Below are positions 55,254 to 64,000 of a DNA stretch of 64,000 bases, piece after piece (within the stretch, counting starts at the first letter, position 1; every line of letters starts with the position of its first letter). The translations under genes and the position numbers were made by a program. The stretch spans positions 116,746,001 to 116,810,000 of the forward strand of contig NC_042999.1 in NCBI RefSeq assembly GCF_006345805.1, given 5' to 3'. Source of the stretch: Octopus sinensis (taxonomy: Eukaryota). The notes beneath the pieces are model-generated. The model was not told the DNA's origin. It saw only the letters and a list, made by a program, of their open reading frames with translations, and did no database searches.

Positions 55254-55975
55254 GTTATCATCATCATTATCATTGTCGTCGTCGTAGTCGTCACCGACGC
55301 CGCCATCATCATCATCATCATCATCATTGTCATCGTCGTCGTCGTCACCGACGCCACCATCATCATCATCATCATCATCATCGTCGTCGTCGTCGTCGTC
55401 GTAGCCGCTGCCGTCAACATCACTATCTTCTTTCTTTTCCACTTCCTCCTCCTGCTCACCACCACCGCCGCCACCACCACCACCACCACCACCACCATCA
55501 TCTTCATCATTAGTTATCATCGTCATCGACGTCGTTGTCTTCGCTTTCGTTATCACCGTCACTATCGTCGTCGTCGTCGTTGTCATCATTATCACAATCA
55601 TATCGCCGTCGTCGTCGTCGTCGTAGTCGCCGTCATCGTCACCATCGTCACCGCTTCCATTACACCTCCTTTCTATCAATGTTGATATAATCTTTTGTCT
55701 CTGTGACCTCATCATCACCATCGCTACCATTAATACCACCACCGCCACCACAACCATCACCATCACCACCACCAACACCACTACAATGACTACCACCGCT
55801 GCTACTACTACAATCACCACATAACCATCACACAATCACCGCTATCACCAAAACTGCTACCATCACAATCATCAGCACCACCAGCACCGCCACCAGTACC
55901 ACCAACAGTTCCGCTGCCACCACTGCCACCTCCACCTCCTGTACCAGCGCCACCACCATCATCACATGTCGCCTT
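52060..55975. repeat. Compound trinucleotide domain, (GGT)n/(ACC)n/(CAT,CGT)n, with higher-order repeats
   Basis: 331-bp duplication (CTAACCTGGTGATGG at about 52638 and 52969). Units of about 126-131 bp marked by TCAG at 54071, 54197, 54323 and 54454. Confidence 0.9.
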
Positions 55976-56486
55976 TGACGCCGGTTGAACACTCATGCTA
56001 ATTTAACGAAATGAATTAGTCATTGAACATGCAAGCTTTACCCCTTCCCCTTCTCTACCCCCATCTCATTCTCTTACTCCCCTTGTCTCTCTCCCTCTTT
56101 CCTCCTGGAGCCTTTGGATCTTCTCTGGCTGGTTTCGAGCCGAGCCGATCATTATAAATACTCATCCATTCGTTCATTCGTTATGTCCTTCGTTTTATTC
56201 ATTCTTTTATTCTTTCATTCTTTCATTCTTTAGTTCGTTCATTTTATTGTCTAGTCTTTAAAGTTTCCTCATTCCGAACCTATTCAAAGCGCAGGAAGTA
56301 AAGAACACTTCCAAATTATATCATCATCATCATCATCATCATCATTATCATCATCACTACCACCATCACCATCATCATCATCTAAACTTCTACCGCCCTT
56401 TTGTGATTTATTCTTGGAATGTCCAATTCATCAGTCGTTTTTGTGGCAATTTTTTTTTGGCGGGGGGGACACACGCACATATTAAC

Positions 56487-58080
56487 TTGCAGAAAAGTGC
56501 CATTCTACGTTCTTCAAGAATACTAAGAAAGATTCTTGAGATTTGTAGAAACTTGTTGTCACCAAAACCTCAGTCAGGATAATATCACTGCAAATTATGA
56601 ATGCATGAGGAAGATCAGAAAATTTTAGATGAGTTGCAGGAAGTAATGAGTAAAGAAGTAAGAAAAAGATCGCCAGCATTAAGACGTACCAACAGAAGGA
56701 AGCTGCTAGAAATGACAAAGGAGGAAAGTAGATTTTGTTATCAGTAAGATAGATACTAAAAATATAGGAGACACTAACTTATTGGTTTATGCAGGAGGGG
56801 TCGTAGTTACGAGAAGATTAGATATTCCACGAAGAAAGATTAAGAAAGAGGAACTGTGGAAAAGAAAATTACAAAATAAAGTGAAGACTTAAAGACAAGA
56901 TCTGAGTGGAATGGAAGTCTGGAAAATGATCAAGATAGGAAGCATAAGATGCAAATTTTCACTCGTGAAAAGATTCTTAGTCAAAGAGAAAGGATTTGGG
57001 ACAATAATAGAAGAGTTAAAACAGTGTATCATAGCAGTAGCAAGCAAGCTCTCCAGATCTCAGAAAAGAATAGATCAGTATCAACAGAATAAATTATTTG
57101 AGATAGCCCGGAGGAGATTTTATAACCAAATAAATAGTGAAGAACGAAGTACTGAAGATGAGAAACCTGATGTAGGAGCTAGAAAGTTCTGGAGTATTGT
57201 TTGGGATAAGCCAGTCAATCATAATGAAGATGCAGTATGGTTAAAGAAAGTGAGGGAAGAAGTGGTGAGTGAGAAGCAGCCAGATCTAAGATTAACTAGT
57301 GCATTAATGAGTAAAGTGTTAGAGAAAATGCCGAATTGGAAGGGCCCAAGACCAGATTTAGTTTAAGGGTACTGGTTAATGAAATTGAATAGTTTTCATG
57401 GGAGGCTGGGGGAATAAATTGAGGATTGCCTTAATGGAGGAATAATACAAGACTGGATGACTAGAGGGAAAACAATACTCCTTATGAAAGATAAAACAAG
57501 GGTAATACAGCTAGCAATTATAGACCAATCACTTGCTTACCATTAGTGTGGAAGCTGTTAACAGGAATGCTTTCAGAAGGCATTTACGAGCACCTTGACA
57601 ACCAGAATTTACTGCCAGAAGAACAGAAAGAAGGCTAGAGGAACGCATGGTCTGTTATACATAGACAAAGCAGTTCTAAATGAAGTAAAAGCTAGAGAGA
57701 AAAATTTAACAATAGCATGGATAGATTATAAGAAGGCCTACGACATGTTCTCACACTCATGGATAAGTGAATGCTTGGATATATTCAGTATAGTAGACAA
57801 CATAAAAGAATTAATTAGCTTTAGCATGAAGAAATAGAAAGTAGATCTCTACTCAGTTGACACGGTCTTAGGGAAAGTTAATATAAAGAGAGGAATTTTC
57901 CAAGGGGTCTCGTTATCCCCTTTAATATTTGTCTTATGTTTGACCCCCACTCAGTTTAGTACTAAGGGAGGCAAAGACGGTATCAGTTCAGAAATAGTAC
58001 GGAAAAAATAACTATTTGCTCTATATGGATGATCTGAAGCTTTTTAGTAAGAATGAAAAGGAGATAGATTCCTTTATAAC
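56487..58080 (+). mobile_element. R4/Dong-clade LINE fragment, disrupted RT
   Basis: [58 protein letters not shown] and YMDDLKLF motifs, with stops and frameshifts. Confidence 0.85.
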
Positions 58081-58199
58081 TGTATGAGTATGTGAAAAAA
58101 GTTGATTGCTTAATTTGAGTTTATATTTTAATTCTTATCTTTTGTCACGTGTTCGACCCGAGTATTTCGTAAGCAGTTCTATATATTTCGTAAGAAATA

Positions 58200-59190
58200 T
58201 TTCTTTATTAGCCACGCAGGGCTAAACACAGAAGGGACAAAATACAAAGTCGAGCTTTTCTTTTTGGGAAGAAGAGAAGAGGAAAAAAATGAAAAAAAAA
58301 AGTGGGGCGAATTCCGATCAAAAGGGATCGTGAAAAAAAAGGTGGGGAATTCCGATCAAAAGGGATCGTGAAAAAAAAGTGGGGCCATTCAATAAGGATT
58401 GTGTATCACAGAAATGTCAATGCAAAAAGGGAAAACAGATTAGGTTTTTTCCGTGGATAGAAAAGCCTATGGAAAATACCACGGGAACCTTGGGCAATAG
58501 TGTCATGCAAAAGTAAAACACATTTCAGTAAGTGGGTCTCTTTTCTCCTTTCAATTTTTTTTTTCTTTTGGTTCATAGGATTATGCTCTAGCTGGCTCCG
58601 TCATTCACACGTACCATCCTTGCTACATTCACCCATCTTTTTTTGATACATTCACTAGATAAAACTTCCCTCTCTACTCTCACCTTTCTCTTCAAGTGAT
58701 ACTTGAAGAAGTTAATGAGAGATTGACCAGAGAGGAAAGTGTTTGTCTCAAGACCTTTCAGACGTGTCCACCATACACATTCTTTCACCATAGCCATACG
58801 TACAATGAAAATAGCTCTTCCCGTTTCAAGGAAGGAGGCACGACAATATTCACAAAAGACTCGGTTGATAAACCGACCCGTCCCACACGCGATAGCAGTC
58901 ATTCGACATAGGCCCACAGGTCGGAAATGGTTCGATACTGTACAAGTACGTGCAGAACAGTTTCGTCGCTCTGACCGCATCTCGGACAGGTCGATCCCGT
59001 GTTTCTCGAGACATGCCTGTAGAGCTTATCCCGAACGGGTAGCGCTTCTCGATAGCACTGCCAGGACAGGGATCTCTGGAAGATGTCCATAGATCCCAGC
59101 CCGAAAGTCGTCTTGAACAGGCGGGTCAGGTATTCCTCGTCGACCCCCAGGTTCGCCCCGAGATCTTCGTCGTACCTCCCCTCCACGAAT
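58200..59190 (-). mobile_element. L1/Tx1-clade LINE 3' end (zf-RVT region and 3' UTR)
   Basis: WQCYREALPVRDKLYRH...CPRCGQSDETVLHVLV. The UTR contains a tandem repeat of about 39 bp x3 at about 58300-58400. Confidence 0.75.
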
Positions 59191-60104
59191 CCCTTATAGA
59201 ATGCTTTGGTTCGTAAGAAAGAAAGAAAGAAAGGTAGGAAGGAAGGCTGACTGGATGAGGCGCCACTTCATTACCGGTGCATTGTGGTCTTTTCCTTTCT
59301 TTTTTTTTTTTGTTGGCATCAGACTTTCTCAGAATATATGGGGGAGGGTTGTCTTTTTGTGTCTTTCTGTCTGTGTTTGTCCTCCACATCTTCTTGGCAA
59401 CCGGTTTTAGTGTGTTTTACATCTCTTTAATCTAGCGGTTCGGCAACACATACCGATAGAATAAGTACTAGGCTTTAAAAAGAAAATAAGTATTTAGGTC
59501 GATTCATTCCACTAAAAATTCTTCAAGGCAGTGCCCCAGCATGACCGCAGTCTAGTGACTAAAACAAATAAAATATATTGAGAGGGGATCAGCGGAGAGT
59601 CATAAGACCGTCCTTGGCTCTTCAGGCCCGGCCTGGACCTCAATCTCATTCCCCCACTCAGTCTAAGGGCCCTTGCATTAATTCATGTAGCTCAAGATTT
59701 GCTGTTATTAAATACATACTATACGTCCACACTCACCCATGTGTTGCTATGCCCTGGTGCCTATGATACTATTATCATGGCTCCAGCTAAGGTGTGGTGT
59801 CACGTTGCTATTTCTAACAAGTTGAGCGACAACTTTTTAGTTCCGTTGTCCAAAGTTCACCGCGGGCGATGCTGTTCAAATCCTGACTAACCTGTAGTGC
59901 AAAACCCAATTGTATTCTGAGACAGCCTGATGCCAACAAAAGAAAAAAAAAAGGAAGAAGAAAAGACCACAATGCACAGGTAATGAAGTGGCGCCTCATC
60001 CAGTCAGCCTTCCTTCCTACCTACCTACCTACCTACCTTTCTTTCTTTCTTTCTCTTTAGTATGTATAATTCTGTATACGTATCTCTCTCTCCTGTCTGT
60101 CTGT

Positions 60105-60149
<45 letters not shown>

Positions 60150-60379
60150 CTCTCTCTCGCTATATATATATATATATATATATATTACTCTTTTTACTCT
60201 TTTACTTTTTCACTTGTTTCAGTCATGTGACTGTGGCCATGCTGGGGCACCGCCTTTAGTCGAGCAAATCGACCCAGGACTTGTCCTTTGTAAGCCTAGT
60301 ACTTATTCTATCGGTCTCTTTTGCCGAACCGCTAAGTTATGGGGACGTAAACACACCAGCATCGGTTGTCAAGACACAT

Positions 60380-60462
<83 letters not shown>

Positions 60463-60663
60463 CATATATACGACGGGCTTCTTTCAGTTTCCGTCTACCA
60501 AATCCAGTCACAAGGCTTTGGTCGGCCAGAAGCTACAGTAGAAGACACTTGTCCAGGGTGCCACGCAGTGGGACTGCAGCCGGAACCATGTGGTTCGTAA
60601 GCAAGCTACTTACCACACAGCCACTTCTACGCCTATATATATATATATATGCATATATATATA

Positions 60664-60706
<43 letters not shown>

Positions 60707-60708
60707 CA

Positions 60709-60920
60709 TTCAAAATGTGACCGCATGTGTACTGTTGGCGATTTTCTTTCCTCCGTCTTCCCTTCTCTGGATCTTTCCTTTCCCTATGTTTCTGACGAAG
60801 AGCTCCACTCGAAACGTTAGCCCCTCCTTCTTCCCTTCCTTCCTGAGCGTCCAATAATACTATATTTGTTCCACGTCCTCGCGTTGTTGTGTTTACTCTT
60901 TGTGTTTTCATGTTTGGATT

Positions 60921-60924
<4 letters not shown>
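60709..60924 (+). mobile_element. About 200-bp minimal-hammerhead element (copy 5)
   Basis: GTTT-CTGACGA-AGAGCTCCACTC-GAAAC-GTT-AGCC at 60788-60822; flanked by (TA)n. Confidence 0.75.
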
Positions 60925-60987
<63 letters not shown>

Positions 60988-61136
60988 ATATATATATAAT
61001 ATATATATATATATGGGTACAGGACGTCACCAACAGTAACCAAAATGAAATATGAAAACAAACGAGTTAATGGAAAACAGTTATACAAAGTAATACAAAA
61101 AATACAAAGAACGACACTTCATCAGTTGTCGGCTTC

Positions 61137-61202
<66 letters not shown>

Positions 61203-61207
61203 GTCTA

Positions 61208-61240
<33 letters not shown>

Positions 61241-61241
61241 G

Positions 61242-61292
<51 letters not shown>

Positions 61293-61295
<3 letters not shown>

Positions 61296-61477
61296 TGTGA
61301 CCTCGTGAATACTACCTGCAATTTTTTTTTCCTCTGTCCTCCCGTCTCGGGATCTTTCTTTCTCCTATGTTTCCGAGGAAGAGCTCCGCTCGAAATGTCT
61401 TTCCTGAGCGTCCAATAATACTTTATTTGTTCCACATCCTTGCGTTGTTGTCTTTTGTTTTCTTGTTTGGATTAACT
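61293..61477 (+). mobile_element. About 200-bp minimal-hammerhead element (copy 6, decayed)
   Basis: GTTT-CCGAGGA-AGAGCTCCGCTC-GAAAT-GTC at 61369-61399. Confidence 0.7.
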
Positions 61478-61506
61478 TTATATATATATATATATATATA
61501 TAATAT

Positions 61507-61562
<56 letters not shown>

Positions 61563-61691
61563 TATATATACATACATATATATATAATATATACATATAT
61601 ATATACATATATATATATATATTATATATACATACATTTATATATACATACATACATATATAATATATATATTATATATATATATATATAT

Positions 61692-61724
<33 letters not shown>

Positions 61725-61754
61725 ATGTATCTATATATGTATATATCATGTATA

Positions 61755-62186
61755 TATCATCATCATTATCATCATATAACGTCCGTTGTCCATGCTGGCA
61801 TGGCTTGGACGATTTGACGCGGCTGGAACGCTGGAAGGCTGCACCAGACTCCAATTTGATTTGGCATGGTTTTCTATGACTGGATGCCCTTCCAAATTAC
61901 TCCAAAAGTGTAAGGGTGCTTTTATGTGCCATCGACACATGTGCCATTTGCATGACACCGGAGTGCGTTTACGCGTCACCGGCACAGGTGCCACTTTGTG
62001 TGACACTGCTATCTGCCACGACTGCGATTTTGACCGGCTTCATGGGTCTTCTTCTCAATCACGACATAATGGCAAAGGCCTTCGTCATTTCCTCCGTGAA
62101 GCCCAATGCTCGAAAGGAACTCAGCCACTTCGCCTCCGTGAGGCACAACGCTCAAAAGATGTTCTTTACGTTTACGTGCCACCATA
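61755..62186 (-). mobile_element. RTE 3' UTR / RTE-tail repeat (CpG-intact)
   Basis: Homologous to 18109-18560, including GGATGCCCTTCC and the (CAT)n end. Confidence 0.75.
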
Positions 62187-62211
62187 TATATATATATATA
62201 TAAGACTTAGA

Positions 62212-63392
62212 AACTTAGATATGTTTCGACCAAAGATTAGTCCAGGCTATGTCTAACTTAATAGCACCACCTGATAGGATTATCTAAATCCTCTTTAAGT
62301 CAAGTTTTGTTTATGGTCCATTCAAGCAGTGAGTTCTTGTTGAGTGAGTTGTATCCAGGTATGGGTGGCTTATCTGGTATTCCTTGAAGAAATCTGGCCA
62401 GACTCCTTTTCCTCTTTGATCAGTTTTGGGACAATGTTAAACAGGGTAAGGCCTGTTGAGGAAAAGAACTTATATCGCAGTGTACTTATATGTTGTAATC
62501 CTGAATTGGGCAAGGGACGTATGGGCCGTGATCCCAGCCTTGGATGAACCTTGAAACTAATGTTCAGGTCGTTTGGGCAATGCTGGCGGTATACTCTCCA
62601 CATCGTACAAATGATGTACCGCTTGCGGCGGCGCTAGAGAGGGTAGAGTTTCAAGGTTTTAAGGCGGTCCCATTAATCAAGATCACTCATGCCTTCAATT
62701 CGTTTAGTGAGTGCCCTCTGGGGTGATTCAATCCTCGAAATGTTTTTTTTTTTTTGTAGGGGAAGACCACAGGGGGCAGCAGTATTCGAGGTGTGGCTGT
62801 ACAAAGGAGGAGAAAAGTGGAATGATGACACCTTGTTCTCTGGACCGGAAGGTTCATAAGATCCAGGAGCTCATCTTACGAACTATATCGACCTTATTGT
62901 TGATGTGGGCACTCCAACTGAGATTGTTATCAACAATTACACCCAGGTCTCTGATATCATTAGATGCCGTGAGCGGTTCCCCCGAAGGAAGAGAGTATGG
63001 CTGTTTTAGTATAGACTTTTTTTTCCAAAATGCATCAGCTCAAATTTTCCCTCGTTCAGTTGCATTTTGTTTTTGTCTGCCCATTGACTCACAACATATA
63101 GATCAGACTGGATTTGAGTTCGGTCTTTTTCTTCTTTGATGATTTGCTGGAGTTTAGTGTCATCAGCAAATATTTTCATTTTGCAGTGATTTACGACGCT
63201 GGAAAGGTTATTTATGTAAATTATAAAGAGGAGCGGGCCCAAGACAGTCCCCTGAGGGACACCACTGGTGACTTTTGCTGGGCTTGAGTGGACTCCATCG
63301 ACTACAACTTCTTGTGTTCTATTCGCCAGGAAATACTTAATCCAGTGTAGGAGTTTTCCACGAATTCCAACATTTACCAATTTTGAAAATAA
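62212..63392 (-). mobile_element. CR1-clade LINE 3' fragment, same family as 41489-42390
   Basis: VTSGVPQGTVLGPLLFIIYIN...FADDTKL (ORF 63006-63380). Its 3' tail matches that of the 41.5-kb copy. Confidence 0.9.
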
Positions 63393-63865
63393 GATATTAT
63401 GGTGCTTGTTTTACCCCTCTGCGAGGTTATTTTATTTTAATTCTCTCGCAGGAAGGCCCAGTATTGACGAGTCGTGTCCTGTCTTGCCTTCGAAACACGC
63501 TAAGTCTACTAGCGACAGCTGATGATTGGGAATTTTCCTTGTGTAGCTTGTCCTGTACCGTGTTTTTCTGTTGTAAATAATGTTTTTCCCGTTTTCGTTC
63601 TCGTCCTGTTCCACGTCTCTGTCTTTCTGTTGTAAAAAATGGCTTTTCCATTTTCGTTTCTGTCGAGTTCTACGTCTTTTTGTGGTGTCCTGTACTTACG
63701 TATATATATATTTATATATGCATGTATATATACATGTAGATGTAGGTACGTACATATATGTTTGTATGTATGCATATATTTTATTTATTACACTATTGTC
63801 TGACAGCGCTTCGCGTCGGGTTCGTTCGATTCTTCGCTTCGTTCCGTTTCTTATCCTCCCAATAT

Positions 63866-63907
<42 letters not shown>

Positions 63908-64000
63908 CATCTACTCTCTCTGACTCTCTATATGTATGTATGCATGTATGTATGTATATATGTATGTATGTATGTATGTATTTATGTATGTATGTATGTA

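Noticed and set aside
52210-55835. Poly-G/V/H/D/T ORFs up to 252 aa
   Set aside because: Trinucleotide repeats lack stops by construction, and no domain or exon context was found.
61020-61140. Minus-strand CTGATGAAG in a repeat-like segment
   Set aside because: No downstream GAAA or helix III, so it is not a complete hammerhead.

Overview
Eukaryotic, AT-rich and repeat-dense DNA, most likely from an octopod cephalopod (inferred from the SINE/RTE families and a mollusc-type YAP C-terminus). The only confidently identifiable host gene is the 3' end of a YAP/Yorkie orthologue on the + strand: two coding exons (6494-6603, 8875-8955) and a probable ~8 kb 3' UTR. A candidate promoter and non-coding first exon of an unidentified minus-strand gene lie near 28 kb, at a boundary between a CpG-decayed domain (~2-27 kb) and a CpG-retaining domain. 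The rest is SINEs, LINE fragments (RTE, BovB-like, CR1, R4/Dong, Tx1), a Penelope fragment, a mariner fragment, hAT and piggyBac-type MITEs, a ~4.9 kb (TA)n tract and a ~3.9 kb trinucleotide domain. The most unusual signal is a set of hammerhead ribozyme motifs in at least three unrelated contexts: a 482-nt terminally redundant unit with an intact type I hammerhead (31.5-32.05 kb), an intact hammerhead heading a multi-hairpin cassette (48.5-48.7 kb), and six copies of a ~200-bp non-coding element carrying a minimal, probably dimer-dependent hammerhead. All assignments were made by eye; no searches or folding programs were run, and repeat boundaries are approximate.
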